Positions 27,138 through 48,439 of a stretch of 64,000 nt of DNA are shown piece by piece. The notes beneath the pieces are model-generated. The model worked only from the letters and a program-made list of their open reading frames with translations. It had not been told where the DNA came from and searched no databases. The position numbers were made by a program, and so were the translations under genes. This stretch comes from Salpingoeca rosetta (taxonomy: Eukaryota > Protista > Choanoflagellata): assembly GCA_033442325.1 (NCBI GenBank), contig JAWQFM010000001.1, positions 3,327,711 through 3,391,710 on the forward strand, written 5' to 3'. Each line of letters opens with the position of its first letter. Within the stretch, counting starts at the first letter, position 1.

Positions 27138-28820
27138 CAACCACACACACACACACACGCAACCACCGCCTCTCGCACACATCCAATCGTGCCACCGCAT
27201 CGCAACTGCCAGGGGAGTATGGCGGAGGATCAGGCTCTTCTCGACAAGGGCGTCGCTCCGCTCATCAACACCATCAGCACCTTCCGCCACCAGTGAGTTG
27301 GAGTGGAAGCCGTGTGTGCATGTGCATGTGTGGGTGTACGTATGGGTGTGTATGTTCGTGCATATGTGTGTGTATTCGTGTGTATGTATGTATGAATGTG
27401 TGCGTGTGTGTATGGATGTGTGTGCATGTGCATGTGTGTACGTACGTATGGGTGTATGTGTGTGTGTACGTTTGTGCTTGTGTGTATGTGCCGGTGCCAT
27501 GATGTCCATCTGCGACTGTGCGTGACCCTGTGTCACTTCTGGGTGCACGTGTGGCTCGCCTTTGATCCCTTCGCACTCAGCCCATCTCCACCATCATCGC
27601 CACTGCAGCATTCTCCCGGATGCGCAGCGAGAAGTGAAAGTGCTGGCCGACCGCCGAAGGGCCATGGACGCGCACAAGTCCTGGCTCAAGGTGCGGCGCA
27701 CGCACGGCTGCACTTGCGCGTTTCCTTGCGTGTATGTGTGTGTGCGCGCGCGCGTGTGTGTGTGTGTGTGCTTGTGTGCTTGTGCGTGTGAGTGTGTGTG
27801 TGTGTGTGTGCGTGCGTGTGAGCGTGTGTGTGTATGTGCTTGTGTGAGCGCGCGTGCGTGTGTGCTCGCTTCGGACATTGCAATAATTAGTTCCACCCCA
27901 TCACGCCAACATCACGCCACCACCAGTCCAAGGCGACGCAGCGGCGGCCCACGAATCACATGGACGCCATCACCAAACTGCAGGCGTCGTCAGTCGAGGT
28001 GTGGAATGGCACGCGCAACGCACACGTGCTGTGAATGTCGTGGTTGTTGCTCACATGTTGGGTGGATTTACGCAAGCTGACACATGCAGCGGGCACGATA
28101 TGCCTTCGAGCAGGCACCTAACGTACCACTTTTCCGACACCCTCTGTGTCTCTTGTGCCCGCATACACGCACTTACGTCCCCTCAATCGCAACACGGCTC
28201 CACACCGTGTCGTCGTGCCGCCCAGACGTATCAGCAAGAGCGGAGGGACGCTGTGACGAAGATCCTGCTCACCGACGACTACCGCATTCGCGTTCTCAGC
28301 GAACACATGTCCAATCTGACGGGCCAACTCGCCCAGTCCCGCGCGAAACTTGCTCAGACCTTCGCGGTGCGTGCGCATGCGTGTGTGCGTGTGCGTGTGT
28401 GTGTGTGCGAGAGAATGTATGAGAGAGTGTGTGTGCGTGTGTGCGTGTGTGCGTGTGTGTGTGTGAGTGAGAATGTGTGTATGAGAGAGAGAGTGTGTGT
28501 GTGTTTATGTGTGTGTCGTTGTATGTGCGTGTTGGTCTGTCCATCAATCGCCTACCTGCTGATTCATCGATCAAGCCATCCCTCTGTGTGCGATGATGGA
28601 AGCTCACCTCCCGTCCATTTCTTCCACTTCCCGCCATCATCACCACCACCGGCAGCACGCAGCGGAGGAGAACAAGCGCCTGCTGTCGGAGCTTCAGCGA
28701 GACCTCCAGACATACACAACCAGCACCCTCATACAACCACAGCAGCAGCAGCACGAAGAGCAGGGAGGAGAGAACAGCGGACCAACCCACGCCACTGCAC
28801 CAGCAACATCAACAGCCTGA
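24595..28820 (+). CDS. EF-hand pair + acidic/poly-Q linker + Arfaptin-homology (ICA69/PICK1-like BAR) domain protein; interrupted by gap
   Basis: EF loops DKDGNGWLSRNE (24792-24827) and DENHDGRIQEHE (25308-25343). AH-like segments: ERTAQLTRQRLYEMWNAK, PLINTISTFRH, DRRRAMDAHKSWLK, YQQERRDAVTKILLTDDYRIRVLSEHMSNLTGQLAQSRAKLAQTF. Confidence 0.65.
26489..26627. other. Assembly gap (N run)
   Basis: Run of N. Confidence 1.
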
Positions 28821-28821
28821 A

Positions 28822-28899
<78 letters not shown>

Positions 28900-29414
28900 T
28901 CTCCAATCTGCACCTGTTCTTGTTTTTTTCCCCACACCCTCCCTCCAACGCTGCTTCTGTTTGCCACGTGCCCGTGTGGCCACCCCCCCCCCCCGCTCCG
29001 TCTGCCCGCTGTCAGCGTTGTTCACCCCCCCCCCCGACACACACGCGCGCAATGAATAGAAGACCCAAAGAGAGCTGCACCGCAACCCATGTGCCGTCGT
29101 GCCGAGCAAGCAGCCCGCACACGTGCAAAGCACATGTATCACAGTCATTCGTGTATGTATGTGATTGCTGTTAGTCGGACGTGTACTTCTCTGTGTCTGT
29201 CTGTGTGTGTCTGTGGACGGAAATGACCAGCACTTCAGCCAAGAACACAGGGCATTGCACAGCGGCAAGGAAAGCAGACAGACAGGGATCAACACCAAGA
29301 ACGCGCACTCATGTACGCGAGGTTTGCCAACCACAAAGTTGTAACAGCGAATGCAAATAAGCTTTTACAGAGAACGAGTCGAAAACACACACACACACAC
29401 GCACGCACAAAACA

Positions 29415-30793
29415 TCACAGCACAATGTCGAGCCTGTCATCATTGCTGATGTCTTCAAGGGTGCGTGCTTCAAACCCATTCAGGAATACGCGCACCCGCT
29501 CTGGCGTGCATGTGCTTGCTACGCCAAGCTTCTGCAGCACCGCATACGTGAACGTGTGCCACGTGTCGTCCTTCCCCAGCACGATGATGGCTCGCTGGCT
29601 CGGGTTGGTCTGGAGCGTCACAAACACACGCTTGCGGTCCGGATCACTGCCATCTGTGCTCTTGTCCTTGCCGCTTGCGTTTGCTGCTGGGCCAGGATGA
29701 TCTAATTGAGTGCACAGGGAGGGGTGATCAGTGATAAGCAAGCAAGGAGGCAGGGTGTGAGATTGCGGTGGAGTCTGTGCTCAGAATCGTACATGAACAG
29801 ACATGTACTTGGACATGTACACAATCACACGCGCAAACGCGGCAACAAAAACACAGATACAGACACATTCAGACACGCACGCGCACACAGACACACACAG
29901 AAACACGCAGACACACACGCACGCACGCACACACACAGAGGCACAAACGCACGGGCCCACACAGACACAAACACTACAAACAAACACGCACAAGTGCGCC
30001 CTCCCTCACTTGTGGCATCGTCGTAGGAAGGCGGCTGCTGAGAGCTGGAGGCAGCTGGCGCCGAGCCGTTGTATACTCCTGGAAGCATGGGTGCTGACGG
30101 TTGAGGAGGATACAAGGCGCCTGGAATTTGGGTGCGGTGTGCGGCAGCGGCAAACTGTTGGTGCTGCGCATATTGTTGGGCCTGATGCATAGGCTGTGGT
30201 TGGTGCGAGTTGGGCTGTGGTTGGTGCGAGTTGGGCTGTGGTTGGTGCGAGATGGGCTGCGGCGGCTGCTGCTGCGGGTGTGAGAAGGGCTGTGGTTGCT
30301 GAGCGGCGGCGTCTGCGCTTCTTTCGTTCGCCTCAAAGGCCCCCTTTGCCTGGAAGACCTTGTCAATGAAAGGCTGCGGGTCAACAACGCACGGTAGGGA
30401 GTACATGGGTTGGCTCTTGCCACGCATCGTGATGTTAAAGTCTTGGTGGTTCGGGTTCGACGCGTCGAGGCAGGTGTCTGGCGCCGACAGGCTGACAGAG
30501 CCCAGTTCATCGAGGGGGATACGAGGCAGCATGGCGGAAGCATCGCCTTCAACGTACAGGGCCTTGTTGGTCAGGATGAGCCGCGCACGGCGAGCACGGG
30601 ACTTTGCAGCAGAGGCTTCGCAACACGAGATGGAACTGATGCAGGGCAGGGCCCACCAGAACGGCGGCAGGCAACAAATGATCACATGCCCTGTTTCGCA
30701 CATCCGCGTCTTGAATGCCGCTGTGGGGTTAGCCACCGCCGTGGCAATCACCTGCTCTCCCTGCCGAACACAGGTGTACGTCTCTTCCGCCAT
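29415..30793 (-). CDS. Two-exon protein: Cys-rich hydrophobic segment, PH-like domain, Q/P-rich linker with PSAP and PPxY, C-terminal KHA/ubiquitin-like domain
   Basis: Exons 30793-30010 and 29701-29415 are phase-consistent. Motifs: IICCLPPFWWALPCISSISCC; RLILTNKALYV...RIPLDELGSV; LYPPQPSAP; PPSY; RKRVFVTL...LQKLGV...VFLNGFEARTLEDISNDDRLDIVL*. Confidence 0.7.
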
Positions 30794-31060
30794 GCTCTTG
30801 TAAGGGTGATATGTGGGTGGGTGATCGGTGTGAGTGTTGTCTGCTTATGAGTATGTTAGTGTTGTGTGTTGTCTTCTTGTTTGCTATGTGCGCGTCAAAT
30901 GCGCGCATCGCGTCATCCATCCCTCGTGCAAAGGCAAATTTTGCGTTCTTGCTGTGGCCAAAGTCAAATTTGCCTTGACCGTTACCTTTGATGTTTGTGC
31001 AGCAGCACAGCACACAGCCGCAGGCCTTTGCACAGCTGTTGTTGTTGTTGAGTGGCGGAG

Positions 31061-32190
31061 ATGGACTTCTCACAGCCGATGCGGTGTGCACCGAAGCAGC
31101 CACCGCTATGCTCACCAAACGGGGAGCACATCGTAAGTGTGTATGCATGCGCGTGTGTTGTGTGTGTGTTTTTGTATGTGTGAGTATGTGTGTCCATGTG
31201 TACATGTGCGTGTGTGTGTCCATGTTTGTGTGTGCATGTGCGTGTGCGTGTGTGCATGTGTACGTGTGTGCTAGCGTTCTTTGCTTTGCGTCTTGCGACG
31301 AATAAGGTTCATTTCAGGCACTGACGGCATGGCATGGTGATTCACCACCACTTCCTACATCCTCCACCACCACTGCCATTTTGTCCTTGGTGTTCACAGG
31401 CACTTGGCATCGACAACAAACTGATCATACGGCGAGCAAGTGATGCGGCCGTTGTTCGCACGCAGGCGTGCAAAGATGCCATCAACTACCTCGAGGTGCG
31501 TCACGGGCCCGCCGCCGTCTCTTGTGCCACTTACCGCACCCCTCATGCCCTGTTGAAGGCTACAACCTCACCACGAATCACCACCACCTCTCCCTTGCTC
31601 TGCTGCTGACGCTTGCTGCAGTGGTCATCCGATTCACAGTACCTGATCACAGCCAATTTCCAGCGGGCGTTGGTGGAGGTACGAACTCTGCCTTTCGCGT
31701 GTGCTTGACTTGACACACGGTTCTCAACAACCAATCTTTGCATCCGTTGCACATGCTCCCACATAGCCCACAACACGCATGTTTGCACTTGTTCTAATCC
31801 CCCCCCCCTCCACACACACACTGTCGATCCCATCTTGTTGCCCTTCGACGACCAACCAACAGATTTGGGCATTGGACGACGTGGAATGGGAGTGCCGGAT
31901 CGACGAAGGCGCAGCAGGTGCGCTCTCGTGACCCCAAAGAGTGAAGGGAAGAGGGAGCAGGAGGAGGGAGCAGCATATCATGTGTCGACTCTGCTTTGAT
32001 CACACACACACCATGTTTACCGCGCTGTGACTGACGCATTCACATCATGTGACATGATCATTCGTCGTGGCGCCGGCAGGGCTGGAATCTGTGCGCTGGA
32101 GCCCAGACGGCCGCCACGTCCTCACCACCGCACAGTTTCAGGTGCAGTTGGCATATGTGTGTGCGTGCGTGTATGTGTGTGTATTTGTGC

Positions 32191-32270
<80 letters not shown>

Positions 32271-32842
32271 ACATCCACCTTCTCGTGCCGGCTTGTTTGA
32301 CGTCATCTCATCTTGCTGCCTCGACATCACACCAGCTCCGCGTGACCATCTGGTCTCTCGTGGCCCAACAGACGCACTACTTCAAATTCCCAAAGTTTGC
32401 CGGCAAAGGTGTGCGATGTGCACGTGCATGTGTGTGTGACAGAGAAAAAAGGGCAACTGAACGCGTTGAGCCACATCTTTGAAAGCACTTCATGCTCGAA
32501 TTTTCGCAACACACCCTTCCTAACACGCACACACCGACACACACACACCGACACACACACACACACACGCGCGCGCACATACACACCCTTACTCACCAGG
32601 GCTTGGGTTTACGAGCAACGGAAAGTTCATGGCCGTTCTTGAACGTTCGGAGGGTCGCGACTTCGTGTCGATTATCACGTGCGAGAGCTGGCAGGTGGTG
32701 CGCCGCTTCCAAACGGAAACAAGCGACGCCACCGATCTGACGTGGTCGCCCGATGACCACCACCTCTGCATCTGGGACTCCCCACTCACATACACGGTGA
32801 GCGCACTGCAGAATCTGCACCACCGCCTGTGCCACCAGTGTT

Positions 32843-32900
<58 letters not shown>

Positions 32901-34045
32901 CTGTGCCTTCACGAGCTGCTTTGATTATGGTGTTGGCTCAGGCATGCGTGTATTCCATATCGGGCAAACTCCTGCGAACATTCTCCGCTTACAGCGACGC
33001 TCTTGGTATCAAGGTATTCCTCACATGCACATGTGGGTATGTGCGCGTGCGTGTGTGTGTGTGTGTGTGTGTGTTGAGCATAACCTGTGTTTCACCACAC
33101 TCGTCTGCATTTGCTTCTGTTCTCGCGCGCTCCTCTCTTGCATCATTCCCCACATCTCATTGTCACCACATTCCCCCGTCCCATTATGCTCCATTGTGAT
33201 TGCGCCAGTCTGTTGCGTGGGCGCCGTCATCACAGCTCCTCGCCATCGGCAGTTACGACCAGAAGGTGTGCACAGGGCATGTTGGTGACGATGATGGAGC
33301 CGGTGGTTGTTCAGCACGCGCACGTACACACATACATACACATACACACACATACACACACACGTACACACACATACATACACACACATCCACACACACA
33401 CACACATACACACACACGTACACACACATACATACACACACATACACGTACTGTGGATGAATTGGGTAAATTGATGGCGCAGGTTCGCTTGCTCAACAAC
33501 GTCATCTGGTCAGAGATTATCGACTTCAAGCACACGCAGACGGTCACGTCCACCGCAAACAGAGTACGCACCCAGTCTGCGTGCGTGTACGTGTGTGTGT
33601 ATGTGCGTGCGTGCGTGTGCGTGTGTACGTGTGTGCGTGTGTACGTGTGTGTGTACTTGTGTATTTGTGGGTGTCCGCGCAACTCAGCCTCTTGCCGCCG
33701 TTGTCAGGTTGTGTATGCTGAGATTGGCGCGCCGGCAGCAGAAGCGGCTGCAAAGGACATTGCACACGCATCATCCCAATGTCAGTGCTGGCATCACATG
33801 TTGTGCTTGATGCTGCATCACATGGACGTTGGTTTCGTTGCGTGTGTGTGTTTGGGGCCGGGGGGCTTTGTGACGCGTGCTCGCTGCTTTTGCTGTTTTG
33901 GTGTCTGAGTTCACAGCGGTCACTACCATCGCCGCCCCCCCCCACGCAGATGAGCTGATTAGTGGCAGCTACAAGTTCAATGCACTCAAACTCGACTCGG
34001 AGAAGCCAAACCCGCGGCTTGGTGTCGTAAGTACACGGCCGGTGT

Positions 34046-34084
<39 letters not shown>

Positions 34085-34366
34085 ATCTGTATTGTATGTG
34101 GGGTTTACGCGCGCGCGTTTCTTGCTTGCGCTGTTGTGTGGAGTGTCGCTCCTCGCTGCAAACACTCTCTCCTCGTACACGCATGTGTCGCGGTTTGGTG
34201 TCGTCCAATGTGGTGCTGTGTTTGCGTCCTGGCCACAGGGGTGGATGGCGTTTAGCAGCGACAGCCGCTTCCTCGCTTCACGAAATGGTAGGTTGCATCA
34301 TGTTGACACTGTACATCAAACACGCATCCTATCATATCGTCGCCCAGGAGTCCCGCATCTCACATG

Positions 34367-34459
<93 letters not shown>

Positions 34460-34567
34460 TCTTGTAGACAACATGCCGAACACGCTTTTCATCTGGACGG
34501 TTGCCAAGCTCCGCCTGACCGCTGCTCTGCACCAGCTCGCCGCCATTCGCTGCGCGGTGCGGATGTA

Positions 34568-34618
<51 letters not shown>

Positions 34619-35174
34619 GTGTGTGTGCGTGTGTATGTGTGCGTGTGTGTGTGTGTGTGCGTGTGTGTTTGTGTGTCGCGTGTCGCTTCATGCGATGCGA
34701 CACTATCATCTCGTGCACTCCTTCTCCTCCTCCTCAACCCCTCTGCGGCCTTCATCATTTCTGCTTCCTGCGAACCATGCACCATCATGCACGACCCATC
34801 AATCGCTCACTCACCATCACCCATTCAGGCGTGGCACCCGACGCGCCCGCTGCTCGCGCTGTGCTGCGGCCAGGGACAGGTCTACTTCTGGTCAACAGCA
34901 GGGGCACTTGCACTCAGAATCCCGGCGAAAGGTGCGGTGGTGCCACGCCACATCACACGCATGCACACGAGTGCACACAATACGCATGCGCTTACACGTA
35001 CACATGCAAAGAGCACACACCCCTGACGTTGTAAGCACTGGTTTAAATCTCTTGCGTTGCAGGCACGTTTGCAGCGAGTTTCTTGTCGTGGTCGCCAGAA
35101 GGAAACACCCTCCTCATCTCCGGCTCAAAGGTTTGTCGGGTTGGCTTAGGCGCGCACACACATACATGGACACG

Positions 35175-35239
<65 letters not shown>

Positions 35240-35402
35240 TCACACGCACAGATGGACACGCACACACGCAAGCACGCACACACACACACTGCAACTTACA
35301 ATTCGTTCCCACATGCGACGTGCGTGCTCGCTCCCTTCTGCGCAGGGCTTTGTCATGTGCGACATTGCTCAGTTCCTCTCTACCAACAGCGATTTGGCAT
35401 GA
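31061..35402 (+). CDS. WRAP73: WD repeat protein WRAP73/WDR8 (centriolar/ciliogenesis), multi-exon
   Basis: MDFSQ...; [19 protein letters not shown]; [47 protein letters not shown]...FPK; [31 protein letters not shown]; KPNPRLGV; [21 protein letters not shown]. Confidence 0.93.
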
Positions 35403-35810
35403 CACGATGCCGTCACACCCAACCACGCACACGGCAGCCACACCAACGATGTGCTGTGGCGCACGGCGTTGTGTGAGTGATGATGTCTCACTCCGACTTC
35501 CGTTCACCTGAACCCGTTTTGTTGATCGTTTGGACAAATGCGTTGCACTTTTGGATCAACCGTACGAGTGCAGCGCACATTGTAACTTCAAAGTAAACGC
35601 CTCAAGAAAACCGGGCCGCGCATAAAATGCGTGGCTTGGCAGTCGCAGGATAACACGGGCCAAAGCAAAGCAGAATAGGGGGGGGGGTGCGGCAGCACAA
35701 TGTTGCTGATACGAACACACGCACTGTAAGCGCATGCACGCACGCACGCACGCACGAGCACACGCACTGTAAACGCACGCACGCACGCACGAGCACACAC
35801 ACACACACAC

Positions 35811-35858
<48 letters not shown>

Positions 35859-35869
35859 TAACACCATGA

Positions 35870-37563
35870 TCACGTGCGCGTCAGCAGTGCCAGCATGGCT
35901 GCACCAGCGGCCGCGTCCATGGACGGGTCTGCAATCATCACCTTCTTCGCAGAGCACACACGCTGGATGGATGCCTGCAAGCACGGGCTTCGAACCTGTC
36001 GTGCATAGAGGTCGTGATGGAGAAGGAGGAGTGAGCAGGCTCCGGTGGGCGCACAAGTGAGATTGCGCACAAACTGTAGAAAGATCGCACATGAAATATT
36101 GCACTGAAGCATGGCACAGACGTACGCAAGCGTTGCCTGCAAGCACGAGGACCGGCCTCTGCCCAGAGAGTGTCTGGAGGAGCGGGCGACAGACGTTCTG
36201 GGCCAGACTATCACAAATCCCCGACAGGAGCTGAGGCAGCGACGCTGGCTGCTGTGGTGATGACGGTGGCGTCTCGTCATCTCCAATCCTAAGCAATGCG
36301 AATGAATGGCAGACCAGTGGAGGGAGTTCCACATGGGCTGAGGTGAGGGTTGAAAGTGCGCTTATGTGATGTGATGCCATGTGACGTGATGATGTGACAC
36401 ACGCACAATCACACGCAAAGGGGACATACATAGAGGGTAAGAAAGGGGTTAACGGTGGGAACACTGGATACACGTACAGACAGAGCACAAGGGAAATCCC
36501 ACGAGCACACGGAAGCACGCGAAAAAAGCAACCGACCGGAAAGCTCCACCAGTTCCGTCGCGTTCGCGATAAACACGCGCGTCAACGTGAACTGGACACT
36601 CCGTCCACTTGCACGTCTCCAGCTCACGAAACAGCCACGAGCCCTCACTCGGAGTACTGTCACTGCCACCACCATCTTCATCACCGCCATCGCCATCGCT
36701 GGTTGTGAGCGTGTGCGTGTGCAGCGCAGTGCGCAGCAGGTGCGGGTGCGCGCCGATGTGAGCAAAGACGTTTCCTCCGTTGATGCTGGACGACGCAAGG
36801 AGCCAGCGGTTGAAGAAGAATGGCCGGCACTCCACCATCTGCACGTGAAGAGGAGGTGGCGGCGGCGGTGATGGTGGTGGTGACAAGCATGTGGTGTACG
36901 GGGTGAGTGTTCAATGCAATATCAGCGCAATGGATACAAGCGAAAGACAGACAGACAGACAGACAGACAGACAGGCAGACACCAACTCATAGACGGACCC
37001 CCCCCCCACACCAACAGCCCCCCACACACACAGGACACACTCACCCTTGATGTGATTGCGTGCGACATGTCGGTGGCAGTGACGACGCTTGCTTGGGAGG
37101 ATGTCCCAAAGTTGACCACACAGGACTGCAACGCCGGCGCATGCCCATCGTCTCCACCATCAGCACCTTGGCCAGTATCGTTATTGCTTCCTGTTTGCGC
37201 GTGGATTGTGCTTCCACCCGCGCGAATGCATCCGAACACCTGGCACTGGTTGTCGCCCGACGCCGTGAGGACGCAACAGCTCGCTGACAGTCCCAGCACA
37301 TGTGCAGCAGTCGGGTGGATGTTCCCGCGCCAGCGCGAGTCAGTGGACACCAGTGGCGACGACAATGACGACGATGGTTGTGGTGGTGGTGGTGGTGGTG
37401 GTGACGAGGCTGTGCGTCGTGGGGCGGCCGCGGTTGCGCGGGAAAGCGGCGGAACCACCTGTGGCAGCATGTCAAGCACCCTTGCCACGCGCTGGGCTGT
37501 AGACGCTCTTGTTAGCGCTGTTGCTGCTGTTGTTGATGATGGTGTTGGTGCTGTTGTTGTTGG

Positions 37564-37605
<42 letters not shown>

Positions 37606-38047
37606 GGTGGTGGTCAGGGCGTGGGCAAGGCCGTGTTGGCACCACGTGTTGTCCTCTGGGTGGAACAGTCCAAACGATGCAGCTAGGGTGGTGTTCATGG
37701 CGACTGGTTGCTGACACAGCGCCGCTGTGAAGAAGTCGCCAATGCTGGTGCACGAGTCAAAGTTGTCAAGCACTTCCGGTTGATGGTGCGCGTGCCAAAG
37801 CAGCGTGGCGCAGCCATAGCCCGTGTTGACACAGCGGCAATGGCGTGACTTGCTCGGGCACTCAAAGCTCGTCATTGCGGCCAGCAATGTGTCGTCACAC
37901 CGCCTGTCGTTGTGAAATCAATCGCTGGTGAGCGGGTGGAGATGGGTGGAACAGGGTGCGAGCGGCTCCGAGTGCTACAAATACGCAACCACACCAGCAA
38001 CATCAGCAGCGACTACAACCACGTCGCTCGGGCAACCGACACAACAC

Positions 38048-38084
<37 letters not shown>

Positions 38085-38723
38085 ACATACACACAATATC
38101 ACGCGCTCATGTGTATACTCCAACAACAGTAGCAACTAGCACCACCAATAGCAGAGGCACAAGGTAGGCGAACGCACTTGTCTTCCCAGGTGTAGAGGCG
38201 GCTGTGTGGCGGCAAGAGGAGAGATAAGGATCCGGGTGGCGCTGCGGGGGTGCGCGTGAACGCGTCCTTGTTCCAGAAAATGCAGCCGTGCATCTGACAG
38301 GAGATGTGCAGGGTGGTCATGGCGCTGCGCAGGTGTGCTGGCGCTCTGGCAAAGCACGTTTCCACTGCCTGCGCAAGCTTCCCGGCATCCTGCTCGAATC
38401 GCACGGGGCCATGGCACACATATGCATTGTGCGGCAGCGATGTCTCAAACACCACCTGAATAGGACGGGGGAGGGAGGAGGGGGAGATGGTGTCAGGTGT
38501 TGGGGGTGCAATGCAGGGATGCGGTCAAGGCTGAGAGGAGAAAAGAATGCTTTCGACGCACAAGCAAGTGAACACCGGCAGAAAGACACAAAAACAAACA
38601 AACACACACACACAAACAAACACACACACAAACAAACACACACACACACAAACAAACACACACACACACACACACAAACAAACAAACACACACAAACAAA
38701 CAAACACACACACACACATAACG

Positions 38724-38771
<48 letters not shown>

Positions 38772-38818
38772 AACACACACAAACAAACAAACAAACACAC
38801 ACACACACACACATAACG

Positions 38819-38895
<77 letters not shown>

Positions 38896-38980
38896 GCAGT
38901 GCTGCACCTTGTCCTGCTGTGCCAATGACCAGCTTTACACTCGTCGTCCCCACATCCAGCCCTCCCACCACTGACGCCAT
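35870..38980 (-). CDS. SHPK: Sedoheptulokinase (FGGY carbohydrate kinase family), multi-exon
   Basis: GLDVGTTSVK; EQDAGKL; ISCQMHG; LYTWEDKRC; TGYGCATLLW; SIGDFFTAAL; AASFGLF; RPFFFNRWLLASSSINGGNVFA; C-terminal DAAAGAAMLAL. Confidence 0.85.
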
Positions 38981-39922
38981 CGCAGCTCAAACCGAGCCAA
39001 CCAGCGTCGAGTCCTTCAACCTCTTGCGACACGATAAAGTGCATGTATTTCTGCTGCCCACCGTTTCTCTGGTTGGTTGGCGCGAGTGTTGGCCACTTGC
39101 TTGGGGGTGAGAGCGTGCTCGTGTGCTTGACTCTCAGGTGTCTCACCACAACATCCCACGCACGCCCACGATTCACATCAACCCTTACCGCACGAACACA
39201 CTTACAAACGTTCCACACGTCTTGTTTGTAGTGGGGCACTTCCAACGCAACTGCCACCCACCAATAAGTACCAACTGCAGCAGGGAGCGGAAAAAGAGTG
39301 AGTTCGCACACCAATGCGCACCAACCCACCAATGTCATGGTGGGCAGCGTTGCATCTGGCTCCTTCATTCGATGCCTGTTGGTCCGTGCGTGTTGAAAAC
39401 ATGCCTGTGTTTCTGCACGTGTGCATGTGTGCCGGTATGTCTTTATTTCTCTCTCTCTCCCCCCCCCCCTCTCTCTGTGCGTTCCTTGAACTTCCTTTCT
39501 CTCCGCTGTCTCTGTAGGATATGGCACATGACCTGTGTGTTGGGTGCGTGTTTGTGAGCTTTTGGGATGGCTCGTGCTGTGCGTGAGAAACCTCCTTTCA
39601 TTTTACGAATTGACAGCTCCTGCCGGAGACTTCTGAACGAACGACTGCCTTTCCCTCTTCTCTCTCTACCTTGCCCGCGCGCTTCCTGTAATGCAACTCC
39701 TTGCTTGTCTTGTCCAGCCCAACTTCGTGCTCACCGATCTCGCAACCTGGCCTTGTGTCGGGCTTTCTGTGCCTGTGCCTCCTCCACCTGCGTACCTCAC
39801 TGCAGGTGGACTCCTTGCGAGGGGAGCGTCGCTGGCTGCATTTTGGCCGTGACACCACGACACCGACATAGCAGGCCAACAGCCCGCTTCTTCTCAAGTA
39901 CCCACCACACACCATTGCCGTC

Positions 39923-47553
<7,631 letters not shown>

Positions 47554-47955
47554 CGCCATGACCCTTCAAGACTCTTCAAGTTTCCTGCCTTTCTTCGTCT
47601 TTCCAAATGTGCACAGCCCATTCATTCATGCACACAACGCAGTTCATTCAGACACACGCACCCAGACACACTTCCACATGTTCAATCCTCATTTCTGTTG
47701 TACATGTTCATGCTTCGGGCATATGTACATGCATGTATGTGGTTCTGTTCGTTGAGTATGGTCCTGTGACACGTTCCCATTCCTCCTCTTAGTTGATAGT
47801 TTGTGGCTGGATCGGGTTGTGTATTCGTGTGCTTGTGTCACAACCTCATCATTTCGTTGCCATGCTTGTTGTCAGATATTTGTTGCCATCGCATCAGTGG
47901 TGTGTAAAGTACAATTCAAACGACTTCCACCGGTTCACGCGTACACGTCGACCCG

Positions 47956-48054
<99 letters not shown>

Positions 48055-48439
48055 CTACATGCATGCGGCCATGACTTGCAAGGCGTTTAATGCTGATTGA
48101 TGATGGAACATGAGCACAGAACTGACATTAAGACACATACATGCACGCACGCACATGCACCCATACGCACACGCACACACACATGCACATGAACAAGGAA
48201 CATACGGAACCGCACAAGAGAACCAGCGCGGCTGTTCAGTCGTGTGTTGAAACGAGGAGGGAGAGCAAAGGAGGCTTGTGCGGATGCGCAGCGTTGGCGA
48301 GAATTGGGAACAAAGACACATGGGGACGCAATCGCAACACAAAACCAGGCAGCGCAGCAACAAGCGGGCGCGGAGCAGGAGGAAGGCGTGGTTGGCGCTT
48401 GGACGTTGACAGCTAGCACGGCGACAGCTAGCACGGTGT

